A stretch of DNA of 64,000 nucleotides. Source: Squalus acanthias. Lineage: Eukaryota. A program made the translations under genes and the position numbers. The DNA is taken from the NCBI GenBank assembly GCA_030390025.1, contig CM059432.1:129024001-129088000 (forward strand), read 5' to 3'. Shown one piece after another: positions 1 through 12,479 of this stretch; the first letter of the stretch is position 1; every line of letters starts with the position of its first letter. A model generated the notes under the pieces. It saw nothing but the letters and a program-made list of their open reading frames with translations, did not search any database and was not told the DNA's origin.

Positions 1-48
1 CGAATGGTCTACTCCTGTACCTATTTTCTATGTTTCTATGTTTCTATG
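1..48 (+). mobile_element. 3' tail of a CR1-type LINE/SINE
   Basis: cgaatggtctactcctg followed by (TTTCTATG)n repeats, similar to other CR1 3' ends in the window. Confidence 0.6.
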
Positions 49-404
49 ACTCTAATGCTTAAGGACATTTTTGTGGGTTTTAGGACTTTTTTTACTCTGA
101 CACAGATGGTTTCAATATCAGAAACCATCAAGTCACGCTGACTGTACAAGTGTCAATACATATGGTTAATGGTGGCTAACACTGATCTTGAATTTGAGAT
201 AAGTATCAACCCCCTAATGTGTACGCTTCAAAAACAGCGAATGAAACCTTAAACAATTGAAGGCTATTCATTGATGTCCATGCTGCGAGAGCAATAAATC
301 TTTCTGTTTTAGTTTAGGAGCATGCAATGTTTCAGTTGAAGGAATATAACTAAAAGGCATAAGCATTGTGACAGTTACAAATGTACTTCAGACAACATTC
401 AATA

Positions 405-1084
405 GAATAAAGTTATCCCCCCAAAAAGGATATAACTAGCAGTAAGATAGATACAGAGTCCATATGGATTGAGTTAAAAGATAAGAAAGGATTCATCACC
501 CTAATAGGTGTATACTATAGACTGCCAAATAGTGGAAGGGAATTGGAGGAAGAAATATGTAGGCAAATCTATGAGGTAAGTAGCAGGCATAGAATAATAA
601 TCATGGACGATTTCAACTACCCCCAAAAAATTGGCAGGAAGAAGTGGAGAAAAGGGAATCGAGTTTTTACAGTGTATTCAGGACTCCATTCTCACTCAGT
701 ATGTTAGAAGTCCAACAAGAAAAGAAACACTGCTGGATCTTGTAATGGGTAATGAACCAGAACAGATAGGAGCAGTAAGAGTAGGAGAGCATCAAAACAC
801 AGTAAGGGTCAAGATTAGGATCGAGAGTGACGTAAGACAAAGACTAAGGTAATAGATTGGAAAAGAGCAAATTATGAGGAAATGAAGGTGAAACTTAAGC
901 AGGTAAACTAAAAAAAAACTTGAAAAACAAAGAGACAAAAACAGTGGGAAATCTTTAAAAGGGTAATCAATACAGTTCAAGAGAAATGTATTTCACTAAA
1001 AGTGAAAAACAAGCAAACTAGTTATGGGGCACTGTGGATGAATAAAGAACTAAAGCGAAAATTGAATCTAAAGAAAAAGACAAA
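405..1084 (+). mobile_element. CR1 LINE ORF2 endonuclease region (5' part, degraded; interrupted by Harbinger at 1085)
   Basis: Translates to APE-type motifs (GVYYRLP, MDDFNYP, LTQYVRSPTR..LLDLVMGN); continues after 4045. Confidence 0.85.
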
Positions 1085-1577
1085 GGGGGAAAAATTTGTC
1101 CCCTTAGCGCCTCCTGTTAGCGCCAGCAGATGGCGCTAAAGGGGCATTATCGTCGGGGTGAGGCGAATCCAGCAGCACACGCCAAATCCTGCCCCCGTGT
1201 AGCGCCGCCAGAAACAGTTATTGCCGGGAGCCTCAACGCCAGGTGGATCGTGACATCAGTGAGTGCGCAATGCTCACTAACTGCCTGATCTGCGAAATTG
1301 ATTGTCAACACCCACCTTAGTGCCTGGAGTAAACAGCGACAGGGAGAGCTGGCATGAAGCACCAGGAAGCCGGTTCCAGGGACGTTATTTAAAGGGATCA
1401 TCAGTAATGACTCGTAGCTCTCAGGTTAGTGCAGTTTCAGTGGTTTCTTGTCAGTTTCACATAGTCCAACAGTTTCATTCAGTAATTTCAAGGTACTTTT
1501 GTATTAGGAGTTTTGTGGCAACTAAAAAGTAGCTACATTTATTCTTAAAAAAATCAAACTTACACTTGGTAACATTA

Positions 1578-1850
1578 ATGGGGGCTGTACTGGCAGTCGA
1601 CCTCGCCCTCCAGGATCTACAGCAGAGGAAGCATAGGCAGCAAGAATGATGGGAACATGTGCGCCGAGAGATGAGGAGAGGCATCACGGCTCTCAGCAGG
1701 AGGCCTTACTCTCCGAGGGTATTCCGAAAGCACTTCTCCTACCTTCAATGAAGCGAGGAGCAGTGTATTAGATGGCTCCGCTTCACCAAGGAGGTGGTCA
1801 CAGAACTCTGCCACCTCCTCCAAACAGACCTGCAGCCTCACACCAGGATA
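1578..1850 (+). pseudogene. Harbinger transposase N-terminal remnant
   Basis: ATG GGG GCT GTA (MGAV) start; homologous to 47804-48075 (RVFRKHFSYL, LRFTKEVVTELCHLLQ); truncated by deletion. Confidence 0.85.
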
Positions 1851-2002
1851 ACTTAAAGCCCAGATCCCCTTTGCTCACCACATCCCCATCATTCCATCCC
1901 TCTCGCAGGCCATTTCACACCGCAAAGCTGAAATGACAGACACCACAAAAGAATGGTAAGTGAATTAATAAATTTATCAAAAATCAATGAACACATATTT
2001 AT

Positions 2003-3692
2003 GGCAGTCTGGGCTGGCAGGATGACAGGCAGCGACATGGACAATGACGGAGTGGCAGAGGTGGGAGCAGGAATGCTGTCATCCTGAGGGGACAGCAGGT
2101 TCCTGCTCCACTGACCCACTGCCACACCTCTGGGGCAGCACCTCAGCATCCCTAGCAATCTGCTGGAGCACAGATTGCTGGCCTGCTGCGACACCGTGAA
2201 AGCCCCGGTCGACAGTGGTACACCCAGCCACAATGGCAGCAGTCAGAGCTTGCGTGGCATCAAGCTGAGACTGCATGAGAGCAGTCTGAAATTGGATGCC
2301 ACCAAGCATAGACTGCATTACAGCACTAAGACGTTGTGTCACTTCTGCCTGTGCTGCAATGGAAGCTGCCAGATCGCCCATCACACGCAGCATCAGGTCT
2401 GGGTCGCCACAGTCTCTCTGGGAGTCTACCATCCTTTGCAGACTGGAAATGATGGGCTCCATGGTGTGCACAGAGCGTTGTGCAATGTTGGAGGCGGACT
2501 CCTCCATGCTCCTTATCATTACCGAGAGGGTCTCAGGCACCCTTGCTATTGCACCTATCATCTCCGTGTGCATGCCCATCACCCTTCTTCTAAAGACCTC
2601 TCCATCGAGGTCCTCATCTGAGTCCTGTGCAACAGAACTCGCGCGCGAACTTGCCCTCCGGGGAGCTGGTCCCCAAGCTACCCTTTCCCCCTGGCCTTGC
2701 TGCAACCCACTCGTCCCCGGTGCCTCACCCTGTGCAGATCCCACTACTATACTAGCCTCTAAAGAATGCGTAGTGCCAGTATCTGAGCTGGTGCCTGCGG
2801 GTGAGACATACAGTGATGCGGTGTGTTCTTCATCCTCCTCTTCTCCCGCCTCGCTCTCTGCAGTGCGTTCAAGGACAGGTTGCTCAGCTGCTTGCTCATT
2901 ATCTGAAAGCATAAAGGCACAAGAGTCGGGTTAAGGTGAGGGGAGGGGGGCAGGAAGGGAGCAATGCATGCATACAGCATGATTAGCTGGAAAGTGGGAA
3001 AGGCTTGTGGGGTGAGGGGGAAGTGGGATGTGAGAAGAAGGAGTAGGGATGAACATACCATTGTTGTCCCCAAGGGGGTCAACGTCACCAGTGGCCACGG
3101 TGCCCACCACCTGGCACCCAATAATCTGCAGCACTCGATTCTTCCAGTGCAGACAGTGGTTGGGTGTTGACTTGTCCCCTGCCTGTGTGCTTCTCCTCCC
3201 TCCTGTTGTGAGCGACCTTGGCCTGCAAGAGAAAGGAAAGTGTGTGAGTGAGTGTGGAGCAATGTGTTTGGGTGATGTGCCTGCCATAGTTGAATAGCTG
3301 TCATTGTGTGCAAGGTGCGAGATGTGGGTGTGAGTGTTGGTAGGTAGAGATTGTTGGTGGGTGAGTGCTGGGGGTGTGGTGCTTTAGGCAATGTGTGCAG
3401 ACTGTGGTTCAGATGGTGGTATGTAGCAATTGTTGAAGCATTCACTCATCCTGACCACTCGAATGAGGTCATTAAGTTTCTTCCTGCACTGTGTGTGGGT
3501 CCTGGGGACCACAGTGCTGCCCGAGATGTGCTGCGCTACCTCCCTCCACATGGTTCAGAAGACTTGCGGCGAGGGCCTCATGCCACTTGCTGGGTACAGC
3601 ACCGCCCTCCGTCTCTCCACAGTGAACACCAATGCCTCCAATGCTTGATCGCAGAATCTGTGGGCTCGCTCCCTGTGGCGTGGATCTGCAAT
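2003..3692 (-). pseudogene. Harbinger Myb/SANT-like DNA-binding gene, 3 exons (3692-3450, 3222-3059, 2902-about 2003)
   Basis: Exon 1 ends in the TQCRKKLNDL SANT-like motif; start codon changed to ATT and first donor GT changed to AT relative to the 51038 copy; exon 3 is the 2079..2912 ORF. Confidence 0.85.
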
Positions 3693-4045
3693 GAGTACAG
3701 CTCCTTCAGTCCTCTGGCTCCTTCTCCTTGACCTGCTGCTGCTTGCTGAGGCAGCTGCACAGACAGCAATGCTGAGAATGAGGTTCTGTAATGAACCTCC
3801 CCTTTAAGTAGTGAAAAAAGCCTGAGGCAATCATGACTTGCGATTAGACTGCACCGGATATTGGTCCACTCTTTGAGTGTAGCGCCAATGAGCTTGGGCT
3901 TTAAGACTTGAATTAGGCTCCAATCATTTTTTTTCAGCAATGAGCATGAATTTTGCGTTCAGTATAAAGCATTAGTGCCTGGCGCTAATTTTCCAACTTT
4001 TCTAATGATGTCGTCCATTCCTGGGCTGTAATAAATTTCTAGCCC

Positions 4046-6144
4046 ATTCTAACTTAGATACTAAAGGAGAGGGAGACAAAGGAAATACGAGGAACTTAGG
4101 AGAGAAGTTAAAAAAAAAACCATCAGGAAGACAAAGAGAAATCATAAAATCAAATTATCAAGCAATGTTAAAAGAAATAATAAAGTGTTCTATAGATACA
4201 TAAATAACAAAAGGAGGGATAGGCTCACTGAAGGATGAGGAGGATAAACTCACAGATAATGGCAGAATTATTGAATAACTACTTCGCCTCAGCTTTTACT
4301 AAAGAAGATAGCGAAATAGACACTTCACTAGAGAATGAGCTTAAAAAGAATATTAATACAATTGGGATAGAATGGGAGAAAATAATTGACAAACTGGCAA
4401 AACTAAAAGAGGATAAAACCCCAGATCAGGGCTCAAGGAAACTAGGGAGAAGATAGCAGAGGCCCTAGTTTGTATATATATATATAGAAGTTCCATAGAA
4501 GAGTGGATAGTGCCAGAGGACTGGCGGACAGCTAATGTTGTTCCTATATACAAAAAGGGAGATAGAACAAAACCTGGAACCTATAGACCAGTCAGCTTAA
4601 CATCAGTGATAGGAAAAATACTGGAATATATACTAAAAGAAGTGATAGAAGAGCATCTAGAGACAGAAAATATAATACAAAATAGTCAGTCATGCTTAAC
4701 TAAACTGATAGAATTCTGTAAAGAGGTAACAGAAAGTGTAGACAAGGGTAATATAGTAGATGTCATATACTTGGATTTTCAAAAGGCCTTCGATAAGGTT
4801 CCACATGGTGGGCTCATGACAAAGGTTAGGGCATGTGGAGTCAGGGGACAAATAGCTGAATGGATAGCAAATTGGCTAAAAATTAGAAAGCAGAGAGTAG
4901 GGGTAAAGGGTAGTTATTCAGATTGGAGGAATGTAGAAAGCGGTGTTCTACAAGGATCAAGCTGGGACCACTGTTACTCATAATTTACATTAATGATTTG
5001 GACTTAGGAACAAGTAACTCAATATCAAAATTTGCAGATGATACCAAACTGGGGGGAGGGGTATGGCTAACACTAAGGAAGAATGCAACATAATACAAGA
5101 AGACATTAGAAAACTTGCAGACTGGGCAGTTAAGTGGCAAATGAACTTTAACATAGATAAATGTGAGGTGATGCACTTTGGTAGTAAAAATAGAAACATT
5201 ACCTACACCTTAGAAAATATAAAACTGAATGGGGTAGAAGAGCAAAGGGATCTGGGGATACACAGAATCACAGAATCACAGAATCCCCACAGTGCAGATA
5301 GAGGCCATTTCGGCCCATCGAGCCTGCACCGACACATATCCCACCCTATCCCCATAACCCCACGTATTTAATCCCCCTAACTCTAAGGGTCAATTTATCA
5401 TAGCCAAATCAACCTAACCCGCACATCTTTGGACTACAGGTGAACAAATCATTAAAAGCAGCATCGCAGATCAGCAAAGCAATTAAAAATGCTAACAAAG
5501 CACTGGGATTTATTTCTAGAGGTATATTCAAAAGTAGTGAAGTTACGTTAAACTTCTATAGGACCATGGTCAGGCCACTCTTAGAGCACTATGCACAGTT
5601 CTGGTCTCCATACTATAAAAAGGATATAGAAGAATGAGATAAAGTACAAAAAAAATTTACAAGGTTGGTACCAGAACTGAGAGATTACAGCTATCGGGAA
5701 AGATTGAACAGCTTGGAGCTTTTTTCTTTAGAAAAGGGAAGACTTGAGGTGACCTGATAGAAGTGTTTAAATTATGAATGTGTTGGACAGGGTAGATGCG
5801 GAGAGAATGTTTTTACTTGTGGAAGAATCTAAAACATGGGGCCAAGAATACAAGATAGTTACTAATAAATCCAGAAGGGAAATAAGGAGAAATTTCTTTA
5901 CTCAGAGAGTGGTTAGAATGTGGAACTCGTTACCACAGGAAGTGGTTGAGGCAAATAGATTAGATGCTTTCAAAAGGAACCTAGATGAGTACAGGAGAGA
6001 AAAGGGAACAGAAAGATATGCTGAAATGCTGAGATGAGGCAGATGGAATGGGAGGAAGGAGACTCGTGTGGAGTATAAACACCAGCACAGACTAGTTAGG
6101 CCGAATGGCCCGTTTCTGTGCTGTGTATTCTATATAATTCTATG
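4046..6144 (+). mobile_element. CR1 LINE ORF2 RT region and 3' end (continuation of 405-1084)
   Basis: [66 protein letters not shown]-type tail at about 6127-6144; frameshifts and deletions. Confidence 0.92.
5263..5434 (-). mobile_element. 5'-truncated HE1-type SINE nested in CR1
   Basis: Reverse complement of 52050-52213; (CACAGAAT)n tail; TACA on both sides (5259-5262, 5435-5438). Confidence 0.85.
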
Positions 6145-6298
6145 CTTAATTTTAATTTTTAAATATTGCCTGCCCTTTATTCATTAAGAAGAAGAACTCA
6201 TTTACTCACTTCTGATGAAGAGTCACCCTGAAGCACTAAGCTTTCAGCTTTGCCTATTGCGAATTCCCAGCATTTTCTGTTTTTATTCAAATTCACTA

Positions 6299-6462
6299 GG
6301 GGGGGGGGTGGGAATTGGTCTTCGCCATTGGCGCAAAACGGGTGATAGCGAATTGGTAGCCCGTTTTACATCCTGCCCCATTTTCTTTTCCATTGAAGTG
6401 AAACGGGCTGACGATTCGTTATTGCCCATTTTGGATTACTGCCAAAGACCAAGATTTCCCCC
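6299..6462. mobile_element. Palindromic Harbinger-type MITE
   Basis: GGG..GAATTGGTCTT / AAGACCAAGATTTCCCC ends; internal aaaacgggtgatag..cccgtttt motif also at about 9990 and 60715. Confidence 0.6.
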
Positions 6463-7734
6463 TCTTCGTGTTTTCCTTTAACATTATTTGTTAAGTCAGA
6501 GTTTATAGAGTTTTATAAGGACAGAAGTTTTAGACCAAGGAACGCGTAATGTATTATTCTGCTGCTAAGTTGGAACTGTATTTTTTAAGGCCACAGGGCC
6601 TTGAAAATCCAGGGGTTTCTACTGGGCTCCCACCGTCACTCTGGAGGGACTCCAGCAAAACCCACTGGAAAGAGGCAGGTCTCTGCCCTTTCTGGGATCT
6701 TCTGGCCAGCCTTGTAAGTGGCGGAACCTCAGCCCGGCCCTTAACAAGGCAAATGATGTCAAGGCTCCAGGGGTAGTGACTCCCTACCTCCAGGTGTTCC
6801 CACTTACCTGGCTCAATTGGGACCCAACATTGGACTGGGAGCAGATACACATCATCTCACTCGGCAGTAGTGAGCTCCACGGGGAGTGGGAGAGGGGGAG
6901 AAGGGGGTCCAGGGGCTAGGGAATTGACCTGGACTTTCCCAAATAATTTTTTTACTAAAAACAAATATAGAAGGCCAATGGAGAACTGCATGGGGACTTG
7001 TGGGGGTGGAGGGGGGGCGGGGGGGTGGGTGGTGGTAGGGGGATCTGGGCAACACTCTCACCAAAGGCAGCCAGGCACTGGATTTTCCAGATGCGTGGGG
7101 CAGTCTCAATCAGAGTTTGATTGAAAGACGTTTGTGAATTTTAGACTACATGCCAAAAGAACTAATTTTTTAAGATTACTTTGAGTTTGCAACAAAACAT
7201 AATCTTTGGAATGCAATAGACAGGCACTAGATGTAAGGCTTCTATAAATAGAGAGAAATAAATCATGACATCTTTATTGCCCATTCAGGAGTATCCTTTA
7301 CCCATTCAAGATGTTACTACATACTTAGTCAATGCCGACAGCTTTTGCTCTAAAGCAACTGTGTATTAAATGTTCGATTTTAAAACACCCACTGGAAAAG
7401 TCCTTTCATGGTTGGTGGTGGAGAAGACAGCAAACTAATGATTTCTGAAAAGTTTTAGAAGGATTACACATTACAGGAATATAACCGGCTCACTTGAAAA
7501 TGAGGGGATAACGATGCATTGCAAGTTATTTTCAGGAGTGGACTTGCCTGCTTGTTAACCCCTGGTATCCAAGTATGGATTCCGTGCTAATTTCATGCAA
7601 GCTCCCATCCACACAGTGGGCTGGTCAGTGGAACAGCTGTACTACTTCAGACTGATACTGATGTGATTGGCTTGAGCATCCATTTAAAAAGCTGCTTGGA
7701 CAGCAGAGAAGAGCTTTGCAGTGCAAAATAGAGA

Positions 7735-7990
7735 TGAGGGAGGAGGGAGGAAGGAGTGCGGGACGAAGGAGGAGGAAGGAGAGACGAAGGAGGAGGGAGG
7801 AGGGACAACTGGAGGAGGGAGGCAGGAAGAGGGAAGAGGGAGGAGGAGGGAGGGAGGAGGAGGAGGGACGAGTGGAGGATGGGCAAAGGAGGAGGCAGGA
7901 GGGAGGAAGAACGACGAAGAAGGGAGCAGGGAGGAGAGACGAGAGGGAAGGACAAGGGAGGAGAGACGACCAGGAACCAGGGACCAGAGA
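7735..7990. repeat. Purine-rich (GGA)n low-complexity tract
   Basis: Almost all G/A; produces spurious ORFs in several frames. Confidence 0.85.
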
Positions 7991-9962
7991 TGTAGGACAA
8001 GATATAAGGACACCACATCATTCAATTTGATGCTGCTGTTGCGCTGGAGCTGTATATAGAAAGAGATTGCATTCTGAGTAGAATTGTTTACAGGACTTAC
8101 TGAGAGGGAGGAGGGATGAGGGATGTGGGTCTGTCCAAAACAGCTTGCAAGGTCTGACTATGTGTGTGGAGTAGTCCACTAGTTTGATCTGTGTAGTCAC
8201 AGGAGAAGGGTTGTTCGTACTGCAGCCTACCATGCAGTGTGTGGTAACTCTCGAGGTATCTGTAGCAGAACTCTCAGTGGTACAGGTCCGAGGCCAAGTT
8301 AGAGTATTGTTTGTGAATGCTCAAATAGCTGCTATAGAGGATTCCAGTCCACAAGAGGCTGCCTTGACTGGCTTCGATATTCTGGGGAATGCATGGAGCG
8401 AAGCCCTGAGGACTACTCCCACACAGATCAGTGGACATGCTTAGGGAGTGCCCAGGGCACACCTGGAGTAGGTTCAGATGTCTGTCATGATAATACACAT
8501 CTGGCATATCCAACACACATGAGTGAGTGTGAGTGGATGTGCCAATTGTTTAATCAAAGAAAGGAGGTGAAATCTATTTTTATGTAGAAATGACTTGGTA
8601 GGCCTTGAATGTGTGCATCACTCTCCTAATCTGGCATTACCACAGATAGGCAAAGAGATTTACTGAGAAATCCCCGCTTTAAATATACTTGCCTAATCGT
8701 GTCTTTGCTTTTGCTTAAAAATTACCTCAGAGACTTAATATGTGTAATATTATACCATTCTGGCCTCTGAGTTGGGTTTTATTTGGTACAAGCCAAATCC
8801 TTGTGCTAAGTATTTTGGACTGGAATGAGAACCAGAAGACTATGCCAGGAAACAGTTAGCAGGGACAAATTGCACTAAATATACTTGGGAACTGCTTGAG
8901 AGTGTAGAGATAACAGAATCTGCTGCCAGAAGAACACTTTCTGCTTATAGGGAAAAGTAGAGCGTAGGGATAATTCTGGGCCAATTGTTTCTTACTTAAG
9001 GATGGGTCTTCTTCTTTAAAATGTGATATATTACTTAGAAGGTATTTTATGTTCTCCTCAAGGTGAGACATATTCGCGCTGCCGAATGGAACGCTCTTTC
9101 AGTTTTAGTACCCAGTGTTGGCATCAGGCAATTCAGGTAACTGCCAGATGAATAATTCTCCCTCTATTCTCTTCTAACAGTGTGTCTTAAACCAAACCAC
9201 AGAAGTGCATTCCCTGTGCATCATGTTTGTTTTGCCGTTTCCCACCAGTTTGTAATCTCTCTGACTGAGATTGTCAGTTTCGTGCCAATTGGTGCTGGAT
9301 TATTCAGCCGCAGAGATTTGAAGCTTCCCAAATTCATATCACGTAAAACCCTTCTGACCAAGGCCACTAGTTTGTGATTTGCATCGCAAAATTGACGGAA
9401 TCGCAGAATGCAAAGCTCAAAACCCATGTAATATTCCTAGAATCCAAATCATTATTATTCAGTTGCCATAAACCAATGGCCCTGCTTATAATTGTTCTGG
9501 GTTGGATTCAAACACTAGCCTCAGGAGTGAAAGGAGAGCACGCTAACCAATTCTGCCATCCAGTCCCCAGGTAAACACTCATCAGCCTATCAGAGTGTCT
9601 ACTGACACTATGATGTCAGCCAATGAGTTGGAGGTGGGGCGGGACTCACGGCAGGACTCACACAAAATCTATTTACTCAGCAAACAGAGTCTAATTAAAC
9701 AGCGCCCTACAGCAAACAGTCTACAGAGTCTATTTAAAAAGAACTCATGATCAAAACTACAGCAACTTCTCCCGATAAAAGCAGGGTGATTTCTCCAGCA
9801 AAATGCAGTGAGTGGAGGATAGTTACATACAAATTATGTAAATAAAATCAATCCTAGTCACTTACAGCAGTGCGGTCCCCAGGCATGATTGACGGGGGAA
9901 TTATCCAATCATCTCCATTCTGGCCGGGAATAGTGGTGTCACTATATGCAGCTTCAGACTAT

Positions 9963-10259
9963 GGGGTAGATCTTGACTTTGTGAGATAGTGTAAAACGGG
10001 TGATAGTGAGTCGGCAGCCTGTTTTACACTCTCCCGATTTTTATTTCCATGGATTGGGTGGCAGGCCAGTGGGTAAGTCTCCTGCTCCATTTTAACTGCA
10101 CCTCAGCCTGGTTTGCGCCGGGTGGGTTAAAATTCCCCCCCCCCCCCAATGCCTTACCACCAGGGGGAGGTGCTGAGCAGAGCCAGCTGCTTTCTTGCAC
10201 AGGAGGAAGAACTGTAGAGGTGGTTTTCTCACTGGCTGCCATTATATAGATTCTGCCCC
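9963..10259. mobile_element. Harbinger-type MITE
   Basis: GGGGTAGATCT... / ...AGATTCTGCCCC ends; 5' part shared with 6299-6400 and 60684-60752. Confidence 0.5.
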
Positions 10260-10894
10260 ACATTAAGTCCCTCTAGCCTTTCACTCCCTGTCCTCGAAGG
10301 CCTACATTACCTCCCTATCCCCCAGGGTATCAAGTTTAAATTTCTTGCCCTCACCTTCATTCCTCCATTGCCTTTGGCCAACTCTATTGCTGCCGCCTCC
10401 CCCAGCCTGCTGCACTCTCTGACCCACTGGCCTTTTGTGCATGCCCCCTTCCTTTCGCCCACACTTCTTCAGCAAAACATGGAAAACTCAGCAAAATGAA
10501 GAGAATTGGCAGTGTGTTAGGACTGCACTTTCACTTCTGAAAGAAACACAGCCTGATGAGATGTCCTTTCCCTATTGACTACTAAGCGTCCAATGCCAAT
10601 TGAGTACAGGCAGCATTAATCCTGCTTCCAGTGGAGCAGGGTCCACAGCACTAACGCTGTCCACAGTCTGGTGTTAATTCAGCATTCTTTTCAGAAGTAA
10701 TATAAGCTCTCTCAATGCTTCAGCAGGGAAATGCCCTGCCTGTTCTGATATTGAAGCACGCAGATCAGCGTGATCTCAGGTTTATAACTGGCTCGCGCGA
10801 GTTACCTGACCTCAGCCAAGGGAAGCGAAAGGACTTCTATAATTGGCGCGAGTGCTCCCAGGCTGTAAAGGAGAAAATCCAACAGGCTTCCCAC

Positions 10895-11225
10895 TTCTGA
10901 TCCCTCTCCAGTGACTCGTGCTGAAAGATGCGTGTGTTAATATCAGATGAGGGCAGAATAGGCCTAGTTATGATGCTTCCGCAGTTGAATAGGCTGCTAA
11001 CATTTTATGGCTTGGTTCAGAACAGGGCTGCTACAATTGGCCTTATTACTCCAGGGCTAAAAGAGTGAAAGGCCTGCTAGGATTCCATCTCCTGATCACT
11101 ATTCTGTGTCATCTGCTAGAAAGTGCAAGGTGCAAGTGTATTGATGTTAGAAGGGCACAGGATTGAACCCAGTTGTGATGAGCCCAAATATTTGATATTC
11201 ATTGTCTAAGCCCACATATGAAGAA
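10895..11225 (+). mobile_element. LF-SINE-like remnants (two partial tandem pieces)
   Basis: gctacaattggcc, ctcctgatcact..ctgctagaaagtgc motifs, similar to 27130-27352. Confidence 0.45.
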
Positions 11226-11795
11226 CGTTCTCCAGGTCCTCCAGAAGGAGGCCATTTGGCCGATTGTGCCTGTGCCGGCTCTTTGAAAGAGCTCTCCAAT
11301 TAGTCCCACTCCCCTGCTCTTTCCCCATTGCCCTGCAAATTTCTCCTTTTCAAGTATTTACCCAATTCCCTTTTGAAAGTTACTATTGAATCAGTTTCCA
11401 CCACCCTTTCAGGCAGTGCGTTCCAGATTGCAACAACTTGCTGGGTAAAAAAAATTCTCCTCATTTCCCTCCTGGATTTTTTCCAATGATCTTAAATCTG
11501 TGTCCTCTGGTTACTGACCCTCCTGCCAGTGGAAACATATTCTCCCCATGTACTCTATCAAAACCCTCATCATTTTGAACACCTCTCTTTCTACTCTATG
11601 CCCCTTATATGAAGCCAAGGATCCTGTATGCTTTTTTAACAGCCTTAATAACTTTCCCTACCACCTTCAAAGATTTGTGTATGTGAACCCCCAGGTCTAT
11701 CTGTTCCTGCACCCCCTTTAAAATTGTGTCATTTTATTTATATTGCCTCTCCTATTTTTTCCTTCCAAAATGCATCACTTCACACTTCTCTGCAT
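11226..11795 (-). mobile_element. CR1 LINE 3' fragment (internally deleted)
   Basis: Reverse complement resembles 29630-30400 (KCEVMHFG, WNALP motifs). Confidence 0.8.
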
Positions 11796-12479
11796 CAATG
11801 AAGGCTCTTTTGATTTTGGGATTGAGACATATGGGTATGTACCACTGAAAAAATGGCACCTGAATTATGCTCCCAAAAACCACTAGTCCCATTTAAGGTT
11901 CGCTGGAGCCCGATCCACAGTAGTTAAATAGGGTCAAAGAGAGTGGGGCTAACTATCCAACTCATTTCCCCCAACTTTTGACCCAAACCCACCCCAAATT
12001 ATTAGTACCACTAAATAAGTGGTGATAGGAGCTGCCTGAGGCAGATACCACATTGGGGAGGCCATTTTGTGGACTGTTACTGAAGTTTGGTGTTACTTTG
12101 CCTGCATATTAATCTCTTAGTATTTTGCACGATCAGCCAGGACTTTCGCTGCTAGTTTCACTCAGCTCTACTCAAAGTACTGCTTTGCGCATGGATTTCC
12201 CAATGGGAATCCCTCTATTCTTATACTATGAAGAGGAGGAGGATGAGGACATGGAAGAATGTAGAATTCTAACTACAATTACTTCTTGATAGCGTGTTCC
12301 CTTTGTGCCAGCTAACTTGCATGCCTGTCCTCCTAGTCTACTACTCCTTGAGTGAGATTAGGTCGAGAAATGGGTGGCTGGGATAGTCCCTCTAAGGCTC
12401 CCGCATAAGAGGCTTGTGGTGATTCTCACCTCAGGGAAGCAGAGGGACCAGCTTCAGACAGTCTTTCTCTTCCTAGTCT

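Larger units (their letters stand above)
1085..4045 (+). mobile_element. PIF/Harbinger transposon family A, internally deleted copy
   Basis: Imperfect TIRs GGGGGAAAAATTT / GGGCTAGAAATTT; colinear with 47310-51388; deletions at about 1850 (most of transposase) and about 2000 (Myb gene C-terminus); flanks AAA/ATT do not give a clean TSD. Confidence 0.9.

Noticed and set aside
6211..6290. Third hammerhead-like motif (CTGATGAAGAGTCA...)
   Set aside because: GAAA core and helices are degraded; probably a remnant of a Penelope-related repeat (similar traces at about 43960-44050 and 61495-61590).
7647..8059. Glu/Arg/Gly- or Pro/Ser-rich ORFs
   Set aside because: Low-complexity purine tract. The downstream 8010-8450 faintly resembles a Harbinger Myb exon 3 but is too degraded to call.
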